A stretch of DNA of 64,000 nt from an uncultured Gammaproteobacteria bacterium (GTDB lineage Bacteria; Pseudomonadota; Gammaproteobacteria; Magnimaribacterales; TMED112), in contig CAJXFH010000002.1 in assembly GCA_913052565.1 (NCBI GenBank), positions 39,324-103,323 on the forward strand, given 5' to 3'. Within the stretch, counting starts at the first letter, position 1. Every line of letters starts with the position of its first letter. Below are positions 47,501-58,545 of this stretch, piece by piece. A program made the translations under genes and the position numbers. The notes under the pieces were generated by a model. It had not been told where the DNA came from, made no database searches, and saw nothing but the letters and a program-made list of their open reading frames with translations.

Positions 47501-47581
47501 AACATTCATATATAGCAATGTGCCAGCAATAATAATATTGCCTATTAGACCAAATATAAGGATTTGGGTTCTTACAAGCAT
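44573..47581 (-). CDS. Hybrid sensor histidine kinase (TM, ~310-aa periplasmic domain, TM, HAMP, coiled coil, HisKA, HATPase, REC, REC)
   Basis: 1002 aa. TM helices at about residues 5-24 and 338-357. H-box NMSHELRTPLNAIIGYSEML. HATPase motifs DTGIGM and GGTGLGLSI. Two receiver domains (LLVDDD...LLDVLMPGRDG and LIVDDDENT...VLDLDMPKMDG). Confidence 0.9.
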   Translation of the reverse strand: MLVRTQILIFGLIGNIIIAGTLLYMNVQNQSIQEKSSNSQYTSIVESAWVQSIDNSFSNMNSWGPNGEKGEQYWNPYVEIGLFTEIGIEGFDYANALIESFDQELRGDLFILVDEMFLDEIDEGNISFIKLFNENNEELTCLYAFDWADVGNSIDVCGDSNDLNFLRDDSTGAFLEKIRSRMSVTNEVIYAQAPNGNINLHQIVAFPIYLKNEFGFNTNKLLGSVILGRDLRQSMTVFESDLGVRTGIVSQNKIIDAVFTDGLSQDDSLGINQVSFNYIKNDILKNGLENMNSKNFEALGLSLTSVPVASTVNPDFALFFVIKNVANDLKELRDSTLNSIIFTFGVIILIVLAIWWVQDGAFSRIAQAIEVLEALTKGDTKKTIPSNKGFLSSETNEVGQLSNALARYRNHLLEMDSVRQDRAERRKQRDEVIIKKMSILSEKLEGEAKTLIQKDVQNMKNLVNEASDEKAEEASVEMMELAFSRMSDEVNALIDLKTKEMATARDEAREASSAKSRFFANMSHELRTPLNAIIGYSEMLLEDCEDLGNDDMVPDLKRITNSSKHLLSLINNVLDLSKIEAGKMDMYFTPFNIDVMIETIKDVSNPLAAKNNNEFIIKNNIGGEMTSDETKLRQCIVNFLSNAFKFTENGQVALVITSKDVDGKEFVNFDIKDTGIGMSEEQLGKLFDTYTQAERSTSAKYGGTGLGLSISKHFAEMMGGGVEVSSKVGEGSTFSIYVPRVSIDEETVEDEDFENPDIKDGDEYILLVDDDKATHDVVKRAIKKEGHTVFSCFDGDEGIEQARKNTPKLILLDVLMPGRDGWSVLKELKKDKKLKDIPVVITSVLNEESLATSLGADDYMKKPIDRTFFLNIVKRYITEKNQKVLIVDDDENTRDLLNKILNNEGYLSIDAKNGEDALERVKEKPDLIVLDLDMPKMDGFEFIERTQEDGIKIPIVVFSGKDITAVEEKMLSKFTEGIVKKESKVQTLVNEVNQILKGEDSK

Positions 47582-47590
47582 TTTGAAAAA

Positions 47591-47962
47591 TTATTCGTCT
47601 GCTAACTTGAATGTGAAACGAGCCGTTACATCATTAACAGTTACAGGAACTCCATTATAGACGTAAGGTTCATAAGCCCACCTTCTAATCGTTCTCATTA
47701 CACTTCTTTCAAAATAACCTGGTTGGTCAGTATCTGTGACATAAGGATCAACAACTTCACCTTCAGGTGAAACATCAAACTCAACTACAACAAATCCCTC
47801 AGTACCACGTCTAAGTGCTGATCTTGGGTAATCTGCAGATGGTGAATATATCCTTTCAACTGAAACTTCTATTACTTCACCGTTAACAGTAATACTACCT
47901 TCATCACTTGCTGGGAAAAGCGCTAGAGAGAATAATAAAAATAAACTTGATAGGTATCTCAT
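47591..47962 (-). CDS. Secreted stand-alone TonB C-terminal-domain protein
   Basis: The ORF opens at a TTG at 47980. I prefer the ATG at 47962 (MRYLSSLFLLFSLALFPA, a signal peptide). YPRSALRRGTEGFVVVEFDVSPEGEVVDPYV...RSVMRTIRRWAYEP matches the TonB_C fold signature. There is no proline-rich or N-terminal anchor region. Confidence 0.7.
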   Translation of the reverse strand: MRYLSSLFLLFSLALFPASDEGSITVNGEVIEVSVERIYSPSADYPRSALRRGTEGFVVVEFDVSPEGEVVDPYVTDTDQPGYFERSVMRTIRRWAYEPYVYNGVPVTVNDVTARFTFKLADE

Positions 47963-48020
47963 GTTTTGAATTATATACAAAAAAGCTTTTATTTAATACA
48001 TGATTTAATATTTCTTAAAA

Positions 48021-50174
<2,154 letters not shown>

Positions 50175-50191
50175 TTAAAACCTACTTAAAG

Positions 50192-50207
50192 TTTAGATAC
50201 GACTAAA
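50192..50207. promoter_or_regulatory. Inverted repeat TTTAG-N6-CTAAA in the katG upstream region (candidate operator)
   Basis: 5-bp arms at 50192-50196 and 50203-50207, 39-54 bp upstream of the katG ATG. It falls between a possible minus-strand -35 TTGAAA (50217-50212) and -10 TAAACT (50195-50190). Confidence 0.2.
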
Positions 50208-50292
50208 AATTTTTCAATAATTTTCCTTTAAATTCATTAAATATTTAATTGTGAAAATTTGCTTATAATTTTAAATTTTGTAAGTTATCACT

Positions 50293-50778
50293 ATGAAGAT
50301 TGCGATTTATCCTGGATCTTTTGATCCTTTCACAAATGGTCACAAAGACATATTAAATAGAGCTTTAAAAATATTCGATAAAGTATATATTGCGGTTGTA
50401 AAAAACTCCTCAAAAAAATATCTTTTTTCGTTAGATGAAAGAGTCGCAATGATTGATCAATTATTTCATAAGAATGATGCTATCGAATGCATTGGTCTTG
50501 AATCAAAACTTACTGTTGATCTTGCTGATGAGCTGGGCGCAAAGGGAATTATAAGAGGTTTGAGAGCTGTATCTGATTTCGAGTATGAATTTCAGATAGC
50601 AAGTATTAATAGATCACAAAACTCTGAAGTTGAAAGCGTTTTTTTTACTCCTGATGAGAGTCTTACATTTATATCTTCAAGCATGGTTAAAGAATTGGCT
50701 TCATACAATGGAGATATAAGTGCATTTGTAGATGAGAGTGTGGCCGTCGCTTTAATGAAGAAAATATCTAATTCTTAA
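50293..50778 (+). CDS. coaD: Phosphopantetheine adenylyltransferase
   Basis: 161 aa. IAIYPGSFDPFTNGHKDI and ISSSMVKE. Confidence 0.95.
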   Translation: MKIAIYPGSFDPFTNGHKDILNRALKIFDKVYIAVVKNSSKKYLFSLDERVAMIDQLFHKNDAIECIGLESKLTVDLADELGAKGIIRGLRAVSDFEYEFQIASINRSQNSEVESVFFTPDESLTFISSSMVKELASYNGDISAFVDESVAVALMKKISNS

Positions 50779-51590
50779 ATCTTTTGACATTTCGGACAGA
50801 AATAAGTACTTCTATTGCTCTGAACAATCCGTTTAATTTTTGTTTTACATTTCTTGCAATTTTGTCCCTCGCAGTCATAAACATTCAATTTTATTTTGAA
50901 ATATCCTGGCTTTGAATCAGCATTATAATAATCATTTAATGTTGTTCCACCAGCCTTAATAGCTCTTTTAAGAATCTTTCTACTATTGGTAAGAATTTTG
51001 CTACATTCAGGTTTTGATATCTTTTTGCCTGTTCTTAAAGGGGAGATACATGAACTAAAAAGTATTTCTGACGCATATATATTCCCAATTCCCGAAATAA
51101 TTTTATGATTAAGTAGAATAGATTTGATGTTAGCTGACGATGTTCTCACCTTATTATAAAAGTACTGGTTAGTAGCTGCATTTTCAAAAGGATCAGGACC
51201 ATTATTATCTAAAAGATAGAAACCATCCCTTTTCTTAAAAATTTGAGCTAAACCAAATCTTCTTACGTCATTGAACACTAAGGAATTACCAGAGCTCAAT
51301 TTAAATATTAAATGATCATGTTTTTGAAAATTCTTTGATTTAGTCACTCTCAAATTGCCAGTCATGCCTAGGTGTATGAGAAGAGAATACCCATTTGAAA
51401 ATTCGATAGTTATGTACTTAGCACGTCTTTGAATCTCTATAATTTTCTTTTTCGTAATGAAGTCTAAAAGGTCAACATTAAAAGGTATTCTAAGTTTATT
51501 ATTTCTGATCTCTATCGATTTAAAATTCTTATCAGTGAGATATGGTTCTATCCCTCTCTTAGTGGTTTCAACTTCAGGTAATTCTGGCAC
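50775..51590 (-). CDS. mutM: Formamidopyrimidine-DNA glycosylase
   Basis: 271 aa. N-terminal MPELPEVET, an H2TH region, and a C-terminal zinc finger CKKCKTKI...YFCPKCQ. Confidence 0.95.
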   Translation of the reverse strand: MPELPEVETTKRGIEPYLTDKNFKSIEIRNNKLRIPFNVDLLDFITKKKIIEIQRRAKYITIEFSNGYSLLIHLGMTGNLRVTKSKNFQKHDHLIFKLSSGNSLVFNDVRRFGLAQIFKKRDGFYLLDNNGPDPFENAATNQYFYNKVRTSSANIKSILLNHKIISGIGNIYASEILFSSCISPLRTGKKISKPECSKILTNSRKILKRAIKAGGTTLNDYYNADSKPGYFKIKLNVYDCEGQNCKKCKTKIKRIVQSNRSTYFCPKCQKI

Positions 51591-52916
51591 TTATTTAAAT
51601 TGTTTATTAAGCTCAACAACGTCACCGGGCTTCAAATTACCAATGGCTTGCTTATATTGCAGTGAAGTAATTATGAACCCATAAGTTGCTTGTGAAAGTG
51701 CGTTTTTTGATTCTGAGTAATTTTTTTCAGCTTGCAGAAGGTCGATAAGATTTCGGGAACTTAACTCATAGCCTAGTTTAGTTGCCTCTAGTGCATCCTT
51801 CGAACTGTCTACTGCTGCTCGAAGTGAAGATATATTCAACTCAGCTGTTCTGAGAGCTGTATGCAGACTTCGGATTTGTTGAACAATACCTCTTTCGACT
51901 AGGACTAGCTGTTCTTCGGTTTTTACTTCCTGAAGCAAAGCTTGCCTTCGTTGTGAATTATTTAGCCCAGAAGTAAAGAGAGGAACCGAAAATTGAATTG
52001 AAAAAATTCTATTTTCAGTTTCTTCTGGAATTGAAAATGGTAAATCTATGTTTGAATCTACACCATCGAATGTGTATTGTTTGGAAGTCCTTCTATTTGC
52101 ATTTGCATTAAGATCAATCTTGGGTAAAAAGTTGGAAGATTTAGATTTTGTATTTGCATCAGCAGCTTCTAATCTATTTTTAGCTTCTATGATCAAATAA
52201 TTTGTTATTAAACCTTTATTGACTTCGTCTTGCACATTTGTTCTTGGAGCTTTGAAATCTAATTCAGAATTTAAAGGTGTTATTAGTTTAACTTGTCTTC
52301 CAACAATTGAATTTAATTCCTCGAAACTTATATCAACATTTCCTTCAGCTTGAACACGATCAGATTCAGCTCTATTAAGCGCAGCCTTCGCCTCAGCTAA
52401 ATCAATTCTTGATACTGATCCAGACTCAAATCTTTGCTGGACTGAATCGTATTGATTACGAAGAGCCTTTTCTGTAGCTACTTTTGCTTCAAGGGTTGCT
52501 TTCGCAGAGAGGACATTGAAATATGCACCAGTTACCTTAATTATTAAATCTTGTTGTTGGTAAGCAAATCTTGCCTCAGCGGCTTGAAGATTCTCTTTCG
52601 CTTGTTTGTTAGCAAACCATTTGTCTAGCCTAAAGAGAGGTTGACTAAAATTCAGACCATAGGAAAAAGTATTATAGTCATTTTGTAATGACCTATCTTG
52701 ATAGTACTCATTCCAGTTTGTGCCTGCACTTGCCCTTAACTGTGGAAGTAGGTTTGATCTTGATTGTTTTAAAAATTCCTTAGAAATTTCTAGATCAGCT
52801 TTTTTAGAATTAAAATCAGGATCTTTCTCTAGTGCTTCTTTATATATAGATAAAAGATCATTTGAAAAAACTTCAAATGATAATGAAATTAATAATATTT
52901 TGATATAATTTTTCAT
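51591..52916 (-). CDS. tolC: TolC-family outer membrane channel
   Basis: 441 aa. Signal peptide, DLLSIYKEALEKDPDF start typical of TolC, and two OEP repeats. Confidence 0.85.
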   Translation of the reverse strand: MKNYIKILLISLSFEVFSNDLLSIYKEALEKDPDFNSKKADLEISKEFLKQSRSNLLPQLRASAGTNWNEYYQDRSLQNDYNTFSYGLNFSQPLFRLDKWFANKQAKENLQAAEARFAYQQQDLIIKVTGAYFNVLSAKATLEAKVATEKALRNQYDSVQQRFESGSVSRIDLAEAKAALNRAESDRVQAEGNVDISFEELNSIVGRQVKLITPLNSELDFKAPRTNVQDEVNKGLITNYLIIEAKNRLEAADANTKSKSSNFLPKIDLNANANRRTSKQYTFDGVDSNIDLPFSIPEETENRIFSIQFSVPLFTSGLNNSQRRQALLQEVKTEEQLVLVERGIVQQIRSLHTALRTAELNISSLRAAVDSSKDALEATKLGYELSSRNLIDLLQAEKNYSESKNALSQATYGFIITSLQYKQAIGNLKPGDVVELNKQFK

Positions 52917-53007
52917 TCTTCTAGTAAGACAGTATTCTGCAATATTAGTGCAATTTAAACAACGATAAATTTTGAGACATAAAAGAATCTAATTCAAAAA
53001 TAAATTT

Positions 53008-53469
53008 ATGATTACGAAAAAAGACAAGAATGACGAACTTGCATTAACCTTGATTCCTAACAAATCATCATCGATAAATGAGAATTTCATTTTTTTTGGA
53101 TTTCTTTCAATTCTCTGTTTGACATTTGGCGTTGGTTTTTTTGTTTTAGGAGCAACAATGATTCTTCCTTTTGCAGGACTAGAAATAATTATATTAATCT
53201 TAGTTTTGAGAGCTAATAGAGTTTGGCTAAATCAAAGCGAAGAAATTCTCTTGAGCAAGCTATATGTAAAGCTAAAAAAAGGAAATAAGCACATGGTTTT
53301 CGACCGTTTTTTAGCAAAATTTTCAATCATTGAAGCAAATAATGTGAAGAAAGTATTCATAAGCACTAATAAAGATAAGGTAGAAATTGGATCTTTTTTG
53401 AATGAAGAAGATAAAGATATGCTTATAGATGAGCTTAAAAAGAAAGTATTAGAGCTAAATGTTTCTTAG
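53008..53469 (+). CDS. DUF2244-like integral membrane protein
   Basis: 153 aa. Two adjacent TM helices (FIFFGFLSILCLTFGVGFFVLG and MILPFAGLEIIILILVL) followed by a soluble tail. The pattern resembles DUF2244/COG5488. This is a weak call. Confidence 0.5.
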   Translation: MITKKDKNDELALTLIPNKSSSINENFIFFGFLSILCLTFGVGFFVLGATMILPFAGLEIIILILVLRANRVWLNQSEEILLSKLYVKLKKGNKHMVFDRFLAKFSIIEANNVKKVFISTNKDKVEIGSFLNEEDKDMLIDELKKKVLELNVS

Positions 53470-54678
53470 GTGCAAATCCAGCGATTCATACTTAGGTATA
53501 CCATTAATAAATGTAGGATAATTTTCGCCTTCAACTAAAGGAGCCAGGTAGTCTACTCCTTCTTTAGTTATCCTGAAACCGTCTTTGGATATGTAATCAT
53601 CAGGTAGGGTTTTTTCCTTGTTTGCTATCTCTTTTAAATCCCCTATCGATACCTTCCATTCATATGGGTTCTGATTGGTTCTTTCAATTATAGGCATGAT
53701 TCCCGATTTTCCTTCAGCAGCATAATTTACTGCAGCTTTTCCCAGAGCAATTGCCTGATTAATATCAATTTGTGATGCCAAGTGACGAGCACTTCTTTGC
53801 AAGTAGTCAGATACTGCCCAGTGGTGTTTATAACCGAGATTATCAGTTATTAAATTCGCAATTTTAGGTGCTAACCCACCTAACTGACTGTGTCCAAATG
53901 AATCTTTATTTGAAGAAGTTGTATAGAGCTCACCATCAGATGATTTTAAGCCTTCTGATGCAACTATTACTGCATAACCATAATTTTTGACATCTGAATC
54001 AACACCTTTCAAGAAACTTTTTTCATCAAATTTAACTTCTGGTAATAAGATTTTGTGTACATAGGTATTATTTTCGTCATTGGCTAATTCTGCAGATGCT
54101 GCTATCCAGCCAGCATGTCTTCCCATTACCTCTAAAACAAAAACTTTAGTTGACGTTTTGCACATCGATTTTATATCTAGAGATGCTTCTTTCGCCGATG
54201 TTGCAATATACTTTGCAACAGAGCCAAAACCTGGACAGTTATCTGTTTTAACAAGGTCATTATCTATAGTTTTAGGAATAGCAATTGCCTTCAGATCGTA
54301 ACCATATTTTTTAGCTGCTTCAGAAACTTTAAGACAAGTATCAGCAGAATCATTGCCGCCATTATAGAAGAAGTAACCAATGAATAATTTTTCCAATTGT
54401 TGAAATAAACTAGAGTAGAATTTCTCGTCGTCAATTTCAGGAAGTTTATATCTGCAAGAACCAAAAACTCCGCCAGGCGACTCAAGAAGTAACTCAAAAG
54501 GTTTTTGAGTCTTACTTAAATCGTAAACCTCACCTTCAAGCAAGCCAACTATACCGTTCTTACCAGCATATAAGTTTGCTCCAGAAAAACTTTTATTAAA
54601 TTTAGTAATCAATCCATATGCCGAGGAATTAATTACAGAAGTCACACCTCCAGATTGCGCATAGAATGCATTTTTCAT
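53455..54678 (-). CDS. pfp: Pyrophosphate-dependent 6-phosphofructokinase
   Basis: The ORF opens at 54699. The likely start is MKNAFYAQSGGVTSVIN at 54678. GGNDS (Asp at the ATP-PFK Gly104 position) and PKTIDND (Lys at the Gly124 position) are PPi-PFK signatures. Also has MGRHAG. Confidence 0.85.
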   Translation of the reverse strand: MKNAFYAQSGGVTSVINSSAYGLITKFNKSFSGANLYAGKNGIVGLLEGEVYDLSKTQKPFELLLESPGGVFGSCRYKLPEIDDEKFYSSLFQQLEKLFIGYFFYNGGNDSADTCLKVSEAAKKYGYDLKAIAIPKTIDNDLVKTDNCPGFGSVAKYIATSAKEASLDIKSMCKTSTKVFVLEVMGRHAGWIAASAELANDENNTYVHKILLPEVKFDEKSFLKGVDSDVKNYGYAVIVASEGLKSSDGELYTTSSNKDSFGHSQLGGLAPKIANLITDNLGYKHHWAVSDYLQRSARHLASQIDINQAIALGKAAVNYAAEGKSGIMPIIERTNQNPYEWKVSIGDLKEIANKEKTLPDDYISKDGFRITKEGVDYLAPLVEGENYPTFINGIPKYESLDLHLRNI

Positions 54679-54716
54679 CACACTTATCTTATACTCCATT
54701 TAATATAACTAAAAGT

Positions 54717-55955
54717 ATGAAAATATTTTTCTTAGGCATCTCAGGAACATTTATGGGTAATCTTGCCCAAATGGCTTGCCATCTAGGACACGAAGTTTCA
54801 GGCTGTGATGAAAAAGTTTACCCACCGATGTCGCATGCGCTATTAGAAGCAGGTATAGTTTTTTCGGAGGGTTATGTTGAGGAAAATTATCAACCCGCAG
54901 ATTTATACATAATTGGCAATACAATCTCTAAAAATAACCACTTATTACAAAAAATTTTGACTGAAAATAATGAGATTATCTCAGGACCTGACTGGCTTTA
55001 TCATAATGTTCTTAAAGAAAAAGAAGTCATTGCCGTATCGGGCACACATGGCAAAACTACAGTAACTTCCATGATTTCTCATATTTTGGATAAGGCTGGT
55101 TATGCTCCAGGTTATTTAATTGCAGGAGTGCCATTAAATAGTCAAAAATCCTGGTCAATTAGCAAAAGCAACTATTTTGTGATTGAAGCAGATGAATATG
55201 ACACAGCATATTTTGATAAAGGACCTAAATTTTTTCATTACAGACCGAACATTCTTTTAATTAATAATATTGAATTTGATCATGCTGATATTTATGAAAA
55301 TCTTGAGATGATCGAGGATAATTTCATTTCTCTTTTGGAAAAAATGAGTAATAAAGATGTAGCACACATAAATGAATATAAAGTTTCTGCAAGATTTAAG
55401 GATCTGATATTAAAAAGTCAAAAAATTAAGGCAAATATTAAATTTTTTAAAAGCGAAGCGCAGAATATAAATGCTGAGAATTTATGCGCTACAGTTAGCG
55501 TATTAAAACAAATAATTCCAGATGATGATGTTAATAAATTCCTTGGAAGCTATAAGGGCGTCAAAAGAAGATATCAAACCTTGTATGAAGATGATAATTT
55601 CAAATTAATTGATGATTTTGCCCATCATCCAACAGCAATAGCAGAAACACAAAAGATTGCTAAAAATGAGTCATCAAATATAGTTCAGATAATTGAACTT
55701 GGATCAAATTCAATGAGAAGCGGAATACATGATCAAAAACTTAAATCAATTTTTGCGAGCTGTGAGACATACACTATTAATGCCAGTAATGAGCAGAAAG
55801 AAAAATTCAAAGACGTAGCAAAAGAATTGCAACAGGAAGATATCTCTAAGATTTTATCTATTCATGCTGAACGTAAGCTGATACTTATGTGTGGAAACAA
55901 AAATTTTCAAGGTTTTCAAAAACTTATACTTGATATGCTCACTAAAAGTTTATAA
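54717..55955 (+). CDS. mpl: UDP-N-acetylmuramate:L-alanyl-gamma-D-glutamyl-meso-diaminopimelate ligase
   Basis: The ORF opens at 54666. The likely start is MKIFFLGISGTFMGNLA at 54717. Has the Mur-ligase P-loop VSGTHGKTT, EADEYDTAYFDK and DDFAHHP. Confidence 0.85.
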   Translation: MKIFFLGISGTFMGNLAQMACHLGHEVSGCDEKVYPPMSHALLEAGIVFSEGYVEENYQPADLYIIGNTISKNNHLLQKILTENNEIISGPDWLYHNVLKEKEVIAVSGTHGKTTVTSMISHILDKAGYAPGYLIAGVPLNSQKSWSISKSNYFVIEADEYDTAYFDKGPKFFHYRPNILLINNIEFDHADIYENLEMIEDNFISLLEKMSNKDVAHINEYKVSARFKDLILKSQKIKANIKFFKSEAQNINAENLCATVSVLKQIIPDDDVNKFLGSYKGVKRRYQTLYEDDNFKLIDDFAHHPTAIAETQKIAKNESSNIVQIIELGSNSMRSGIHDQKLKSIFASCETYTINASNEQKEKFKDVAKELQQEDISKILSIHAERKLILMCGNKNFQGFQKLILDMLTKSL

Positions 55956-55964
55956 TTTCCGTAG

Positions 55965-56309
55965 ATGCCATCTAAAATCAAAACACCTAAAAGCATTGTC
56001 AAAAACTGCAAGAAATCACTAGAAGAGTTAAAGGCACTTGACATATGTTCTTTTGAAGTTGAAAAAATATCTTCTTTCACTTCATTTATTCTTATTGCCT
56101 CAGGAACTTCTAGTCGTCATATTCAGTCTATAGCAGATAAGGTTACAGAAAATCTTAAAGAAGAGAGTATTCAAATATTGGGTACAGAAGGAAAGGATTC
56201 TAAAGATTGGATTCTTATTGATGCTGGCGATGTTTTAGTAAATATTATGTCAGAAGAATCCAGAGAGCATTTTGATTTAGAATCATTATGGAATAGGGAT
56301 AACAAGTGA
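55965..56309 (+). CDS. rsfS: Ribosomal silencing factor RsfS
   Basis: 114 aa. Iojap-like (FILIASGTSSRHIQSIAD, WILIDAGDVLVNIM). Follows the rsfS-rlmH-mrdA order. Confidence 0.85.
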   Translation: MPSKIKTPKSIVKNCKKSLEELKALDICSFEVEKISSFTSFILIASGTSSRHIQSIADKVTENLKEESIQILGTEGKDSKDWILIDAGDVLVNIMSEESREHFDLESLWNRDNK

Positions 56310-56761
56310 ATATTTCAGTTATCTATATCAAACAAAATAAGTCAAATAATGCGGAAACTTTTGAACAACACTTTCTGAATAAGCTCGAAAAAAATAATTC
56401 AATCAAAATGATACCTATAAGCATTAAAAAAAAATTTAATTCCAGAGCACTGCAAATAGAAGAAGAGGGCAAGGCAATCGAGAAAAAACTTAAGCATAAA
56501 GAAGAACTAATCTGTTTTGACAAATCAGGCGAAACTATGAGTTCAGAAAAATTTTCTAAAATAATTTATCAGGAAGGTAGAAAAATTAATTTGATTATTG
56601 GCGGTGCGTTTGGTCTTTCAGAAGACTTAAAAAAAATGGCTAATAAGGTAATTTCGTTCTCTGATATGGAGTTTTCACATGAAGTTTTTCGTGTAATGTT
56701 GCTTGAACAAATATATAGAGCTAATTGTATCTTCTATAACCACCCATATCATCAAAATTGA
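56306..56761 (+). CDS. rlmH: 23S rRNA (pseudouridine1915-N3)-methyltransferase
   Basis: 151 aa with a GTG start. SPOUT motif LIIGGAFGLSED, ending in HPYHQ. Confidence 0.85.
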   Translation: MNISVIYIKQNKSNNAETFEQHFLNKLEKNNSIKMIPISIKKKFNSRALQIEEEGKAIEKKLKHKEELICFDKSGETMSSEKFSKIIYQEGRKINLIIGGAFGLSEDLKKMANKVISFSDMEFSHEVFRVMLLEQIYRANCIFYNHPYHQN

Positions 56762-58545
56762 AAGACAATAAAATACAAATCTACAGAGACAGAACAAAAA
56801 TTCTTCTGGGCCTATTTATTTCTCTTTTATTTATAGCCCTAACTAGATTCTTTTATCTTCAAATTATTGAGGGGAATGATTTGAGGGAATTAAGAGAACA
56901 AAATATTAATACATTTGAATATATTTACCCCAAAAGAGGAAGAATTCTTTCTAGTGATAATGTTGTTCTAGCAGAAGATAGAAAAATTTTCTCACTTGCA
57001 GTTGATTTAGAGCAGAAACCAAGTGAAGAAGCATTAATCTTGCTGACAAAACTTTTTCCTAAAAGGCTTGATTTAGATGAGCTTAGAAATAAGGTCTCAG
57101 AATCCTTGAGATATAGAAAATCACAAATAATTCTAGAGAAAATTGAACAAGCAGATTTAGCAAAAATTCTTGTGAGAAGCAGGGAGATTCGAGGATTTTC
57201 AATTATAGAAGGGTATGAGAGAGAATATAATTCGCATCCATCTATTTTTCATGTACTCGGACATATGGGCTATATCAACGAACCAGATATAAGCTACTTT
57301 ACACCTAAAATTGAAAACTTTAATCCGAAACTATGGCAAAAGGTTGGTAAATCAGGAATTGAGAGAGTCTATGAGGAAAAACTGCAAGGGAATCATGGAA
57401 AAAGATTTTTTCAGAGAAACGCTCGAGGCGATAGAAGAGTCACTACCAACCTTGCGCCTTTTCAAGAAGGGGATGAGCTAGAAATCTCAATAAATTTTTC
57501 AGCGCAAAAATTAGCTTTTGAGTTAATGCAGGAAAGAAAGGGTTCTGTTGTAGTTATTGATTTAGAAGATTTCAGTATTCCTGTTGCTATAAGCACGCCA
57601 TCTATAAGTGCAAATGATTTGAAAGATATCTCTACTGCCCAATACCAAGATTTATTAAATGATCCTTCAAGACCATTATTTAATCGAGCATTTATGGGCT
57701 TGTACCCTCCAGCATCAACTATTAAACCTTTGTTGACGGTACTTGCACTGAGTAATAAATATACGGATTGGGATGAAACCATATTAGACGACGGATTCTT
57801 TACATTTGAAGAAGAACAAAGAGTTTTCAATGCATGGAGAGAAGGAGGACATGGCATAACTGATTTAAAAAAGGCGCTTGTTGAGAGCTCAAACCCATTC
57901 TTTATGAACCTCTCAATAAGATATGAAAAAGAAGAGTTTGTTAATTTTTTAAGGTCCTCAAGTTTTGGTTCTAAGCTCTGTGAAGATTGTTATCCTCATC
58001 AATTTAGCCCTCTTATAGATGACAGTTGGAAATTTAAAAACTTTGGTAAAGAGTTATTTAAAGGTGATTTTATAAATCTTGGAGTTGGCCAGGGTTATAT
58101 GCTTACTACTCCCTTGCACCTATCTTTAATAGCTGGCATTCTTGCTAAAAAAGGTACTTATCAACTTCCACATATAGTCAAAAAAAATGAGACTATTCTG
58201 AAATTAAATAAAGATTTAAGTGAAGAGGATTGGAGCAAAGTTCATAATGCTTTAGTCGACGTAATCTATTCACCTAACGGAACCGGATATCGTATAAATG
58301 CTGGAGAATTAAATTTAGCCGGAAAAAGTGGTACAGCACAAGTTGTAGATATATCTTCAAGAGAAGAATATGACGAAGTTCGAAAGAATCCATTATTAAG
58401 AGATCATGCAGTTTTCATAGGCTTTGCACCTTATGACAACCCTCGTTATTCGATAGCAGTAATTGTTGAAAATGGTGAAAGTGGGGGTAGAACTGCTGGG
58501 CCAATTGCAAAGAAAGTAATTGAGGAACTTTTAGATGGTTTTTAA
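56758..58545 (+). CDS. mrdA: Penicillin-binding protein 2 (elongasome transpeptidase)
   Basis: 595 aa with a TTG start. TM anchor, SxxK (PPASTIKP), SxN (ESSNPFF) and KSGTAQ. Confidence 0.9.
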   Translation: MKDNKIQIYRDRTKILLGLFISLLFIALTRFFYLQIIEGNDLRELREQNINTFEYIYPKRGRILSSDNVVLAEDRKIFSLAVDLEQKPSEEALILLTKLFPKRLDLDELRNKVSESLRYRKSQIILEKIEQADLAKILVRSREIRGFSIIEGYEREYNSHPSIFHVLGHMGYINEPDISYFTPKIENFNPKLWQKVGKSGIERVYEEKLQGNHGKRFFQRNARGDRRVTTNLAPFQEGDELEISINFSAQKLAFELMQERKGSVVVIDLEDFSIPVAISTPSISANDLKDISTAQYQDLLNDPSRPLFNRAFMGLYPPASTIKPLLTVLALSNKYTDWDETILDDGFFTFEEEQRVFNAWREGGHGITDLKKALVESSNPFFMNLSIRYEKEEFVNFLRSSSFGSKLCEDCYPHQFSPLIDDSWKFKNFGKELFKGDFINLGVGQGYMLTTPLHLSLIAGILAKKGTYQLPHIVKKNETILKLNKDLSEEDWSKVHNALVDVIYSPNGTGYRINAGELNLAGKSGTAQVVDISSREEYDEVRKNPLLRDHAVFIGFAPYDNPRYSIAVIVENGESGGRTAGPIAKKVIEELLDGF

